Of a DNA stretch of 64,000 nucleotides, positions 19,545-29,312 are shown in pieces. The position numbers and the translations under genes were made by a program. The notes below the pieces were generated by a model, which had not been told where the DNA came from, made no database searches, and worked only from the letters and a program-made list of their open reading frames with translations. Location: NCBI GenBank assembly GCA_965262915.1, contig OZ253564.1:4704001-4768000 (forward strand), written 5' to 3'. Position 1 is the first letter of the stretch; the number at the start of each line of letters is the position of its first letter. This DNA is from Candidatus Spongiisociaceae bacterium (GTDB lineage Bacteria > Actinomycetota > Acidimicrobiia > Spongiisociales > Spongiisociaceae).

Positions 19545-20765
19545 CTACCGGGCCACACCCACACGAGTAGTTGAATCGGCCTCCTGACTTGTCAGGCGAG
19601 CCGTGTCGCGTGCGATGAGGGACTCCTCATCGGTCGGGATCACCCAGATGTCTATGGGACTGCTGCCGGTGGAGATGCGCCTCTCCCCTTCGCCCCGGTT
19701 CCGGGAGGGCTCGACCACCAGACCCATGCTCTCCAGACCGGTCAGGATGAGTTCGCGGGCCTCGTGGCTGTTCTCCCCGATGCCACCGGCGAAGACCACC
19801 GCGTCGCAAGGCGCCACCTGTACCAAGAAGGCCCCGAGATACCGGCGCACCCTATGCGCGAAGGCCTCCACCGCCAGCGTGGCGGGCGGATCGCCGGCCC
19901 GGGCACGGTCGGCAACCTGCCGGAAGTCAGGGGAGATCCCGCTCAGACCCAGCAGGCCTCCCTCCCGCTCCAAACCGCGGCGGATCTCGGCCGCCGGAAG
20001 TCCCGCGTCCAGCAAATGGAACACCACCGCCGGATCGATATCGCCGCTGCGGGTCCCCATTACCAGTCCCTCCAAGGGCGTCATGCCCATGGAGGTATCG
20101 ACCGCGTGGCCGTCCCGGACCGCGCACGCGGAGGCCCCCGCGCCCAGATGGAGAGTCACCAGGTTGGGTCGGGGCTTGTCCAGCAGCCCGGAGGCCCGCT
20201 CAACCAGGTACCGGTGGCTGATCCCGTGGAAGCCGTAGCGTCGCACCCCGAAGTCCCGCCACCAGCGGGTGGGGACCGCATACCTGTAGGCGTGGGGAGG
20301 GAGCGTGGAGAAGAAAGCAGTGTCGAAGACGGCCACCCCCACCGCTCCGGGTAGGAGCTCCCGAGCGGCCCGGATACCCGCCAGGTTGGCCGGGTTGTGG
20401 AGCGGGGCAAGGGCCTCCAGGGACTCGATAGCCTCGATGACCGAGCGATCGATCACCACAGACGCCGAGAAGCGGTCGCCTCCGTGCACGACCCGGTGGC
20501 CCACCCCCACAATGTCAGCCGGGTCGTTGATCGGAGGGGGCGACCCCCACTCCATCAGGACGTTGACGATCCGAGCCACGCCCTGCCGGTAGTCGGCAAC
20601 CTTTTTCTCGACCGTGGTCTTCCGATCACCCACGTGGTGGAGATGTCTCGGCCGATCCCCACCTACGCCCTCGATGATCCCGCCCGCCAGGGTGTCTCCC
20701 ACTCCCCGTCCGTACAGCTTGTACTTGATGGACGAGCTGCCGCAGTTGATCACCAGTATCCGCAT
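19545..20765 (-). CDS. ackA: Acetate kinase
   Basis: VINCGSSSIKY, GHRVVHGG, LAPLHNP, RYGFHGISH, DTSMGMTPLEG, GGIGENS, IPTDEE. RBS AAGGAG precedes ATG 20765. Confidence 0.95.
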   Translation of the reverse strand: MRILVINCGSSSIKYKLYGRGVGDTLAGGIIEGVGGDRPRHLHHVGDRKTTVEKKVADYRQGVARIVNVLMEWGSPPPINDPADIVGVGHRVVHGGDRFSASVVIDRSVIEAIESLEALAPLHNPANLAGIRAARELLPGAVGVAVFDTAFFSTLPPHAYRYAVPTRWWRDFGVRRYGFHGISHRYLVERASGLLDKPRPNLVTLHLGAGASACAVRDGHAVDTSMGMTPLEGLVMGTRSGDIDPAVVFHLLDAGLPAAEIRRGLEREGGLLGLSGISPDFRQVADRARAGDPPATLAVEAFAHRVRRYLGAFLVQVAPCDAVVFAGGIGENSHEARELILTGLESMGLVVEPSRNRGEGERRISTGSSPIDIWVIPTDEESLIARDTARLTSQEADSTTRVGVAR

Positions 20766-20814
20766 GAGCTCCTTGCGGGTATCCACCAAGAGCAAAGCCG
20801 CTATACCGCTTTGT

Positions 20815-21327
20815 TCAGACCGTCAGCGCTCCGAGGATCTCGGGAAAGGCCGCCTCGGCGAGAGCCCGCATCTCCTCGTCGGTACGGTCCTGAATCGGAT
20901 GGGTGGTGAACACCCGGCGGGGGTGCATTCCCAGGGCCCGACCCTGGGCGTCTGCGGCCTGCACGAAGCGGTCCGACGCCACGAAGACACCCGGCAGGCC
21001 CCGGTCTTCCAGATCCACTATGTCGTGCACACTGCACGACGCGCAGGATCCTCAGTCGGCCAGGGCTTCGATCACCGCCCCGCATTCGGCGGCGATCTGC
21101 CGGCGCAAGTCGAGCGGCGCCGGTTTGGAGAAAGTAGGTTTGCGGTAGTGTCGCACCGCCACCCCCCTCTCGGCGAATAGCTCGCTCAACCTCCCGATGA
21201 ACACGTCCCCCCGCGGTTTGGAGATGTCCAGCAGGGCAACGGTACCGTGGGCGAGGTCGGCGAACCGGGGACCCAGACCCCGTTCCTGGGTGGTTCTTTC
21301 GCTTGTCGGGTCCAGCAATGTCGTCAT
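20815..21327 (-). CDS. UGSC-motif selenoprotein (Sec at TGA 21052-21054), 170 aa
   Basis: ORFs 21052..21327 and 20815..21030 are in frame and read IEALAD-TGA-GSCASCSVHD. A SECIS-like hairpin lies 11 nt 3' of the UGA. Confidence 0.88.
21022..21040 (-). promoter_or_regulatory. Bacterial SECIS-like hairpin
   Basis: GTCGTGCA-GTG-TGCACGAC: perfect 8-bp stem with a G-initiated loop, starting 11 nt after the UGA. Confidence 0.75.
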
Positions 21328-21336
21328 CGGTCACCC

Positions 21337-22779
21337 CTAACGGTCGATCGCCACGGTGGTCATCTCCGAACTGGCCCTACCACCGATCCAGCCTGAGATT
21401 ACCGCCGAGAATCCCCCGGCATCCCCTCCTGCGTGTACGAACCAGAGCCCTTCGGGACCGAACTTCGGAATCTCCTTCTTCTTGTCCGCCAACCAGCTCG
21501 GCAGGCCTTCGGCTACGCCGCCCGCGCCGGCCACCATCTCGGAGGTTGGGAGGGTTAGCAGGGAGCGTATCTCCCGGCGGAGGCGGGCCTTCGTCCATCC
21601 TGCCTCCCGGAACACCCGGGCGTGTTCGGGGGAGACCACAACTATCGCCTCGGCCATTCCGGCCAGCTTCGGATGCCCGACCATGCGCAGCTGCAGAGCG
21701 AAGGTTCTCGCCAGCGACTCGGGAGTGCGGGACTTCTGGTCGATGATCTCGATCGGTCCGTGCCCGGCGAACAGCGTCACCGTGGAGTCCCCGGGCGAGA
21801 AGCCCCGTTCGACCGCTAGCGACTCCCACGGGGAGTCCTCCTCACCCTCGGGGAAGCAGAACGAGAGCTTGCTCGGGCTGCCGAACGTCGCCTGATCCAC
21901 TCCTCCCGGTCGGGCTCCACCGACGTTGCGGACCACCAGGTTGAGAGCCCGTCCGATGGTCAGGTTGGCCCGGTTGCCCTGACCGAGCACGTTGATCCCC
22001 GAGTTCATCCCGATCTGCCCTCGTACCGGCCCGTTGACGATCAGCACCGGCCCCGAGAAATAGGTGGTGGCCGAAACCCCGTGGATGTTGAAACGGCTCC
22101 CGGCCGCCGCCTCCACCGCCGCCAGCACCACCGGCAGGTATTCGGGCAGGCACCCTGCCATCACCGCGTTGATCGCCACCTTCTCCACGGTGCATTCCAC
22201 CAAGTCCGTAGGGATTATGCAGAGCACCTGGTCGGGAGGAAGATCGGTGCCCTCCAGCATCCTCGCCACCCGCTCCTCGGTGGGAGGGGTAACGGGGAGA
22301 CCATCCGTCCATCCCCGGGCGAAGGCAGCCTCGACCGGATCTTCTGAGGTTCCCAGATCCACTCTCCGTGACGACATAGGGTATGGCGAGTGGCGTCGGA
22401 GGAGCCTTTCGTAAGTGTCCGGCAGCATGGTGTCCGAACCGCACCCGGGACGCTGATCAGGAAGGCCCTGGCCCAAACCGGTAACTGCCGCCACCCGTTC
22501 CCATCCGGTCCTGTGCCACCCGGCCTGCTGATCGACCGCGTCCCCACCCTCGATCCGGTAGATGGTGGGGGTCGTCTCGGTACCCAGATGCCACGAGATG
22601 TCCAGTTCCCGGTCGTGGATCACGTCGAATCCCTCGGGGAAGCCGGCCCGATCCTGCGAAACCAGTGCTAGGGATTCCTCCCCTGCGGCAAGTCGGGCCA
22701 GCGCGGGCACCACCAAGTGGCATGTCTCGCAATCGTCCTTGACAACCACCAGCAGTCCGTCAGCAATAGGCAGGCTCAT
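21337..22779 (-). CDS. Thioredoxin-like (CxxC) domain fused to an uncharacterised conserved domain; partner of the UGSC protein
   Basis: KDDCETC and TPT (cis-Pro-like) in the N-terminal domain, linker PGCGS, then GWTDGLPVTPPT and VEKVAINAVMAGC. Ends 9 nt before the selenoprotein start. Confidence 0.75.
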   Translation of the reverse strand: MSLPIADGLLVVVKDDCETCHLVVPALARLAAGEESLALVSQDRAGFPEGFDVIHDRELDISWHLGTETTPTIYRIEGGDAVDQQAGWHRTGWERVAAVTGLGQGLPDQRPGCGSDTMLPDTYERLLRRHSPYPMSSRRVDLGTSEDPVEAAFARGWTDGLPVTPPTEERVARMLEGTDLPPDQVLCIIPTDLVECTVEKVAINAVMAGCLPEYLPVVLAAVEAAAGSRFNIHGVSATTYFSGPVLIVNGPVRGQIGMNSGINVLGQGNRANLTIGRALNLVVRNVGGARPGGVDQATFGSPSKLSFCFPEGEEDSPWESLAVERGFSPGDSTVTLFAGHGPIEIIDQKSRTPESLARTFALQLRMVGHPKLAGMAEAIVVVSPEHARVFREAGWTKARLRREIRSLLTLPTSEMVAGAGGVAEGLPSWLADKKKEIPKFGPEGLWFVHAGGDAGGFSAVISGWIGGRASSEMTTVAIDR

Positions 22780-22901
22780 AGGTCGCCGGTCCTCCCCGGG
22801 TTGGTCATCTCAAAGATAGTCATCCAACATCAAAGTGCATGCACCCTCTCGAACATCGGGCACCCCAAGCAGGACAGGCTCGTGATGCTATGATATCACT
22901 C

Positions 22902-23150
22902 ATGAGGACCATAATCACACTTCCGGATCATATGCACGCCGACGCCAAGCGGCGAGCTGCCGCGCTTGGAATCAGCTTCGCGGAGTTCGCCCGCCGCCTC
23001 TTCGAGAAAGAACTCGCCACAGCCGTACCACAAGGCGATATCGACTCGATATGCGGCATGGTAGAAGGAACACCCTTCGACATGGCAAGCGACGGAAGAC
23101 GGATGATCGAAGAGGCCACCATCAGTCTCATCTCCGATAGGCGTGGCTGA
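22902..23150 (+). CDS. Ribbon-helix-helix (CopG/VapB-type) antitoxin
   Basis: MRTIITLPD..AKRRAAALGISFAEFARR. TGCTATGAT extended -10 lies 7 nt before the ATG. Confidence 0.8.
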   Translation: MRTIITLPDHMHADAKRRAAALGISFAEFARRLFEKELATAVPQGDIDSICGMVEGTPFDMASDGRRMIEEATISLISDRRG

Positions 23151-23153
23151 GGG

Positions 23154-23573
23154 GTGGCTTATTCGTACGTAGACACGTCGGCATGGGTTTCCATGGCGGA
23201 CAGGGCGGAGGCGTCCCACCAGCGCGTCGCGACCGCGTTGCGCGCCCGTCGAGGCCGTCTCGTCACCAGCGACCACGTACTCCACGAGACATGGACCTTC
23301 ATGCGCAACCGGCACGGCTGGCAGGCAGCGGAGCAACTCGTCACCGGCATCCGGGGTGGTATCGCGCGGATCGAGGTCTCCGGAGTGGCCGACCTCGAAG
23401 CCGCGGCCACGATCGGAACCATCTTCGCCGACCAGGACTTCTCCCTGTCGGACCGCACTAGCTGGGCCGTGATGGAGAGGCTAGGAATCCACGACGCAAT
23501 ATCCCTGGACAGAGACTTCCACATCTACCGTTTCGGTCCCGGCCGACGCCGCTACTTTACCGTTTCACCCTGA
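23154..23573 (+). CDS. vapC: VapC PIN-domain toxin
   Basis: YVDTSAW, TSDHVLHET, FSLSDRTS, SLDRDF. Confidence 0.9.
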   Translation: MAYSYVDTSAWVSMADRAEASHQRVATALRARRGRLVTSDHVLHETWTFMRNRHGWQAAEQLVTGIRGGIARIEVSGVADLEAAATIGTIFADQDFSLSDRTSWAVMERLGIHDAISLDRDFHIYRFGPGRRRYFTVSP

Positions 23574-23648
23574 TCCAACATCACGCCGGCCTGCTCCAAG
23601 GGGATAGTGCCCCTCGTTGTCACGTCGCTGGCTACACGAAGCCCCCGG

Positions 23649-26600
23649 TCAACGCGAAGGCGCGCCCGTCCGGACCGGCTCCGAAGCGCCGTCGGGGAGA
23701 GCAGGCTTTCCACACCGGACCCGCTGCGTCGTGGGGTCAATCCGACGATGGCGCACTTCGAGGATCGGGAGTTCCCAGGAGGGTACGACGATCCGCTCCC
23801 GGAATCCGGGCTTGCAGTCCTCCTTCCGGCGGAGCACTATCGCCAGGACACGGACTTCACCCACGCCCCGCATCTGTGCCCGTTGCCATGCCTTCGCAGC
23901 TGTTCTGGACAACCTCGCCACCTCGATACCGGTGTCATCGAGTACCCTCACCTGCCCGTCCTGGCCGGGCTGCAACTTGAGCGTATCCCCCGTACGCATG
24001 CGGGCCAGGGACCGGTGGATCGGATTCTTCTCTCCTTTCCTGCCTGCAAAGTCCAGGAACAGATCCCCCATCCCGAGGATCGTGTACGAGTGCTCGGCGT
24101 ACCTAGCCGTACCACTCCCGGCTACCCCCACCCTTCGGCGAATCACACCCGGCCCACACAGTTCGTCCAGATACGGAATCGGATCGTCCCTCCGACTGAG
24201 GAGGGTGAGGGTCTCCCGAGCACGGGTCATCGCCACGTAGTAGAGGCGTCGCTCCGCCTCCGACGAGTCTCGCTGTCCCGACCCCTTCCGCCATTCGCCT
24301 CCCAGTACCATGACATGGTGGAACTCGAGGCCCTTGGCGGAGTGGACGGTGCCGACCAAGACCCCATCACCAACAATGTGCGATCTCACGTGATCGGCCA
24401 GTGCCTGGTGAATAGCTTCGGCAACCTCGGTGGCTGCACACGGATGGGCACCGGTGCCCCCCTCAACTTCCTTGAGCACGCGTCGGGCCATCGCCGTCCA
24501 GAGCGACTCTGCACCGCAGACCTGTCCGAGCCGTGTTCTGAGTTCCGGCACGGAGATGTCCTTGGCTCGAAGCTCGTCCAGATGATCGAGCAGCAGTCTG
24601 AACTCCCGGATGCGACCTAACCAAGGCAGCCCGTCCGTGATCGCCCGGCGAACGGGAACGCCCTTCATCTCCAGGAATGCGCGTACGACCGCCACCTGCT
24701 TGTGGGTTCTGGCCAGGACGGCGAAGTCGTGCCAGTCCGGTGCCCGATCCAGCTTGCGCAGACGCTCGATCTCGGCAAGCACACGCGCTACCTCGGCACC
24801 CGCATCCCCCACATCGAGTAACAGGACATGGCCCCTGGCTTCAGGATCCAATGACTGCCACCTCCCGCCGGGAGGGTCGTCAGAGCGACGAAGATCTATC
24901 CGGATCGGGTGGTCGGTCTTCATCCGCTCCCGGTTGTTCCGGATCAGACCGTTCGAAACATCGATGATGTGCCTGGTGGAGCGATAGTTGTCGACCAGGT
25001 AGTGCCGCTCGGCGTCGAAGTCCTCCTCGAAGCGGCGCAGGAAACGTACGCTGGCCCCGCGCCACTCGTAGATACTCTGGTCGTCATCGCCTACCGCGAG
25101 GATGGCTGCGAAGCGATCCTCGTCATCATCGCTCCCCGCCCGCCGAGCGATATGGGTGATCATCTCGTACTGTTTCGAGTCGATGTCCTGGTACTCGTCG
25201 ACCAGCACGTACTCGAATCCCAAGAGGAGGCGATCCCGCAGCTCGTCGGGGGCGACCCCTACCGTCTGCTCCTTACCCCTGAGGCGTCGGTTGGCGTCTT
25301 CAATGATCGCGTCGAAGTCGATCTGCTCCCGGTCGCCTGCTTCGAGTCGCACCGCTGCCACCGACCGCTCGGTCAGCCGCAGGGCCAGGGAGTGGTAGGT
25401 GTGGACCGCGACCTGCCGTGCCAGATCACCCACTAGTAGACGCAGCCGGAGCCGTAACTCGTGCATGGCGGACCGGTTGAAACAGATCACCAGGATGCTC
25501 TGCGGGCGGATGCGCTCCACCCTGAGCAGGTAGGCGCAGCGATGCACCACCACCCTCGTCTTGCCCGATCCCGGACCGGCCAGCACCATCACGTTGCGTT
25601 CCTTCGGGGCGGTCACGATCCGTTCCTGCGCGTCGTTGCCGAGGCTCTCCACGATCTCGGCGTAGCTCGCTCTCGAGGTGGCCCGGTTGAGTGTTTCCCG
25701 AGCGCCCTTGAAGTAGCGCCGTTTGAACCCCTCCGTGGACATCTTGAAGTAGTCGTCCACGTACGGGCGAGCCGCGCCATCCAAGCTGTCCTGCGCTTCC
25801 TTCACGTACCGTCCGATAGCGTGGATCTGGAATATCCGCCCCTTGTAGTGATCCTGGAGTGGGCGGTAGTGGGAATTGCCGTAACGCTTGCCCTTCGCCT
25901 CCTCCCGCACGCGGATCGTCATGGCCTGGCGGAAGATCGCCAGCCCGTGCTGGAGCCGGATGACATGGTGCTCGTCCAGGAACAGGAGGGTCTTCTCGAT
26001 CAGGTCAAACGGGTCGGCGAGACGCGACGCAAGCCCGATGCGTCCGTCTATGGCTTTCCCGAGATCCTCCAGAGAGAACAGTATGAGCCGCTCGCCGACC
26101 AGTTTCTGCTCGTCGGCCTTCCTACCAAGCGTTTCGAGAATCACCCGGCCCACCTCGGTCCGCAACTCCAGCAACTCCCGCAGTTCATCCCAGCCGACCT
26201 GCACCCCGAGACGTATGCCGGAGCGTCCCTCACTCCTCAGGATGACCGGCGCCTGCCTACCTAGACCTTCCCGAGCCCAGCCCGCCAGCAGCTTCAGCAG
26301 GCTGTCGTTGATCAGGCGCACTCCCTGTACGCGCAGACGTTCCTGCAGGCGGGGGATGGAGATCTGTATCTCTTCACCGGAGCCACCGTCATGGTCTTGG
26401 GCGCGCAGCAGTTCCTGCAGTTTGGTCTGCGCCCCGTGGATCTCGTCCAACCGGTCCTGCGACTTGGTGGTCGTCTTGTGACGGATCCAGGCCGAGAAAT
26501 AGGTTCCGCTCTCCAGCAGTCCCGCCCGGGACATCTCGTAGAGTGTGCGGAAAATCTCCCGGGTGGCCATACGGTTGAGCCCTGCCGCATCGTCCCCGAA

Positions 26601-29012
26601 TCGGGTACGGAGATGCCAGAACAGCGACTTGAAGGAGCGCAGGGATGCGATCTGGTCGATGTCGATCCCATCCCGCAGATCGGCGGTTTGAAGGAGGTCC
26701 AGAACCTCGAGCCACCGGCGGCGCATGCTCTTCGAAAGGTTCAGTCCATCCATCTTGACCTGCGCAGCTTCGATATCGGGAACCGCCGGCACCCCCTGGA
26801 AGATCTGGGTCCGGTTCTCGTCCCGCAGCACGAAGCGGGTCCGTTCGAGCCACGAGATGGCGACCTTCACCTTGGTGGCGGCAGTCCGATCCTCGGCATC
26901 GAACGAAGTATCTGTATCAGGCACCCGTAGGAGTTCGCGGGGCGCGACCACGATCTCGTCGATGTCCCTCCGGCGCACCCGGCGGATCGCCCTGAGTATC
27001 TGGGCGATGTCCCGCTTCGTGAGACGATCGCGGGAGGCCAGATCGAACTGCCTCTCGAGATCCCCTTTGGTGAAGAGCAGCACGCAGTGGGCAGGTTTGC
27101 CATCCCGTCCGGCCCTACCCGCCTCCTGGAGGTAGTTCTCGATGGACCCCGGTACGTCGGCATGCACCACGATCCGGACATCGTCCTTGTCGATGCCCAT
27201 ACCGAACGCGTTGGTGGCCACGATGACCGGCAGATCGCCCGAGATGAATGCGTCCTGGACCCGTTTCTTCTCGGGGGGATCGAGACCGGCATGGAAGTGT
27301 TCCGCCTCCCAACCCCGCTGCCGGAGCAGCGTGGCGAGTTCCTCGGTTCCCCTGCGGCTGGAGGCGTAGATGATCGCCGCGCTCCGGGCGGGGTTCCCGA
27401 TTCGATCCGCCAGCAGTTCGTCGATTCGCGCCGCCTTGCGGGAGGTCGGTATCTCCTCGACCGAATAGTGAAGGTTGTCCCGGTCGAGGCGATCGCCGGC
27501 GATCTGCTCGATTTCCTGGCCGAGTTCCTCGCCAAAGTGCCCGACGATCTCCTCGCGCACATCCAACCTCGCGGTCGCGGTGAAGCAGGCCACCGGCGCG
27601 ATGTCGACGCCTTCCCGCTTTGAGAACTCCCGGATGAATCGGGCTGCGTAGAGGTAGTCGGGGCGGAAATCGTGACCCCATTTGGAGATGCAATGGGCCT
27701 CGTCGAACACCCAGGCCGCTATCTCGCGCTGCCGGATGGCCCGTTCGAAGGACGTGTTACGCAGCTGCTCAGGCGAAACGTAGAGCAATGCGTAGCGTCC
27801 GAGCCTTGTTCCTTCGAGCACGTCCCGGCGCTCGGGCATGGTCTGGAGACCGTTCAAGGTGGCGGCAAGAGTCGGAGACTCCGTCCTGCGGTTGAGGTTG
27901 TCGACCTGATCCTTCATCAGCGCCTGCAGGGGCGATATCACCACGATCAGGGCGCCGGACTGCTCGTTTCGAAGGATCGCCGGTAACTGATAGCAGAGTG
28001 ACTTACCCCCACCGGTCGGCATGATGCCGAGGAGAGAGCGCCCCTCGATGACTTGGGTAACGATCCGCTGCTGAAGGCTTTCACCGTCAGCCGTCTTCGG
28101 AGCGTCACGGAAGCCGGGGAAGCCAAAATACTTCTTGAGCTTGTCGTCCAGGTTGTGGTGCTTGGAGCAGTAGACGCACTTTGAGTTGCCGCACGGTGTT
28201 CCCCGCACAGCTCGGATAAGCCGGGATGCCGCCGGGAACTGGTGGTGTACCCATCTCGGTAGGACGGACTCCGTTCCCGCCACCATCGTCCAAGCAAGGG
28301 AATAGGCAATCGTGGGCCGGCTTTCGGCTCGATCGAGGAGCGGGGGAAGATGGCTCCGGATAGCATCCGGGCATGCCTTCTCCCCGGCGAAGTAGTGGAA
28401 GCCGCCCACGAGCCGATCGCGCTGCAACTCCCGACCGCCCAGGGCCTCGAGGAATAGGCCGGTTCCGTTCAGCTTGAGATCAGATGCCCCCTCCGCCTCA
28501 TCAGAATCGTCGAAACAACTCCTATAGAAGGACAGCAGCCAGCGGTTGTTGCTCTCCCATTCCTTGAGAAGGTCCCAGCATTCCTCGAGGAGCTGCCTGG
28601 TTAGTAGGCAGTCGGCGACCGGATCGCTTTGCTCCGCGCCGACGAGCTTGTAGTCCTTGACCAGACGGTGATAGGGACGCTGAGGCTTGGCAAGCGGCGC
28701 CAGGTAGAGCGTGTCCACCACCGGCAGATCGAGCAGCGTGGCTCCGCGCAGGCGGGCCTCGATGAGCGGCCGGTCATGGGCCACGATGTTGTGGCCCACC
28801 ACGAAGTCAGCACCCTCCCCGAAGGCGTTCAGCTCCCGGACGGCCTCGTCCGAGGATGTCGCATCAGGGATCTTCAACTTCCTGTCACCATGCAGCGCGC
28901 CGAGCAGCCTGATTGACCCATTCGCCCTCGCCTCCAAGTCGAGGATCAGGCACCTGTCAACGAATCGGCGCCAAGCCCGATCGGCAGCCTTAGGCGAGTT
29001 GCCGCCGGTCAT
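23649..29012 (-). CDS. 1787-aa fusion: DnaQ/RNase H-like exonuclease domain + RecQ (SF2) helicase + UvrD (SF1) helicase
   Basis: DLE..GHNIVAHD..VDTL; MPTGGGKSLCYQ, DEAHCISKWGHDFRPDY, ATNAFGMGID, QEAGRAGRDG; AGPGSGKT, VDEYQD, GDDDQSIY, NYRS, TVHSAKGLEF, YVAMTRA. Confidence 0.88.
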   Translation of the reverse strand: MTGGNSPKAADRAWRRFVDRCLILDLEARANGSIRLLGALHGDRKLKIPDATSSDEAVRELNAFGEGADFVVGHNIVAHDRPLIEARLRGATLLDLPVVDTLYLAPLAKPQRPYHRLVKDYKLVGAEQSDPVADCLLTRQLLEECWDLLKEWESNNRWLLSFYRSCFDDSDEAEGASDLKLNGTGLFLEALGGRELQRDRLVGGFHYFAGEKACPDAIRSHLPPLLDRAESRPTIAYSLAWTMVAGTESVLPRWVHHQFPAASRLIRAVRGTPCGNSKCVYCSKHHNLDDKLKKYFGFPGFRDAPKTADGESLQQRIVTQVIEGRSLLGIMPTGGGKSLCYQLPAILRNEQSGALIVVISPLQALMKDQVDNLNRRTESPTLAATLNGLQTMPERRDVLEGTRLGRYALLYVSPEQLRNTSFERAIRQREIAAWVFDEAHCISKWGHDFRPDYLYAARFIREFSKREGVDIAPVACFTATARLDVREEIVGHFGEELGQEIEQIAGDRLDRDNLHYSVEEIPTSRKAARIDELLADRIGNPARSAAIIYASSRRGTEELATLLRQRGWEAEHFHAGLDPPEKKRVQDAFISGDLPVIVATNAFGMGIDKDDVRIVVHADVPGSIENYLQEAGRAGRDGKPAHCVLLFTKGDLERQFDLASRDRLTKRDIAQILRAIRRVRRRDIDEIVVAPRELLRVPDTDTSFDAEDRTAATKVKVAISWLERTRFVLRDENRTQIFQGVPAVPDIEAAQVKMDGLNLSKSMRRRWLEVLDLLQTADLRDGIDIDQIASLRSFKSLFWHLRTRFGDDAAGLNRMATREIFRTLYEMSRAGLLESGTYFSAWIRHKTTTKSQDRLDEIHGAQTKLQELLRAQDHDGGSGEEIQISIPRLQERLRVQGVRLINDSLLKLLAGWAREGLGRQAPVILRSEGRSGIRLGVQVGWDELRELLELRTEVGRVILETLGRKADEQKLVGERLILFSLEDLGKAIDGRIGLASRLADPFDLIEKTLLFLDEHHVIRLQHGLAIFRQAMTIRVREEAKGKRYGNSHYRPLQDHYKGRIFQIHAIGRYVKEAQDSLDGAARPYVDDYFKMSTEGFKRRYFKGARETLNRATSRASYAEIVESLGNDAQERIVTAPKERNVMVLAGPGSGKTRVVVHRCAYLLRVERIRPQSILVICFNRSAMHELRLRLRLLVGDLARQVAVHTYHSLALRLTERSVAAVRLEAGDREQIDFDAIIEDANRRLRGKEQTVGVAPDELRDRLLLGFEYVLVDEYQDIDSKQYEMITHIARRAGSDDDEDRFAAILAVGDDDQSIYEWRGASVRFLRRFEEDFDAERHYLVDNYRSTRHIIDVSNGLIRNNRERMKTDHPIRIDLRRSDDPPGGRWQSLDPEARGHVLLLDVGDAGAEVARVLAEIERLRKLDRAPDWHDFAVLARTHKQVAVVRAFLEMKGVPVRRAITDGLPWLGRIREFRLLLDHLDELRAKDISVPELRTRLGQVCGAESLWTAMARRVLKEVEGGTGAHPCAATEVAEAIHQALADHVRSHIVGDGVLVGTVHSAKGLEFHHVMVLGGEWRKGSGQRDSSEAERRLYYVAMTRARETLTLLSRRDDPIPYLDELCGPGVIRRRVGVAGSGTARYAEHSYTILGMGDLFLDFAGRKGEKNPIHRSLARMRTGDTLKLQPGQDGQVRVLDDTGIEVARLSRTAAKAWQRAQMRGVGEVRVLAIVLRRKEDCKPGFRERIVVPSWELPILEVRHRRIDPTTQRVRCGKPALPDGASEPVRTGAPSR

Positions 29013-29312
29013 CCTCTCGGGTCTCGTAGATTCTCAATACTTCGAACCAAGGACTGTCCTAATGCTGGATGGTGACCGAAGGCTGTCTACTGTTTCCCGA
29101 GTGCTCAGGTTGCAGGCTAGACGGTCCACTTCGACGTCGCGACTTATGAGAAGATTGATCCGTTCCTTGGAGGGATGATGGGTACGTTCAGTTTGCATAC
29201 GACAGATGGTTCAATTCGTATAGGAAATGACCCTCATTCTACTAAAGTTAGAGGGGTGCTTGTTCTGTCGGCGTTGCATGTCCGGCTGAGCTGACCTAAC
29301 GAAAGGAACAGC

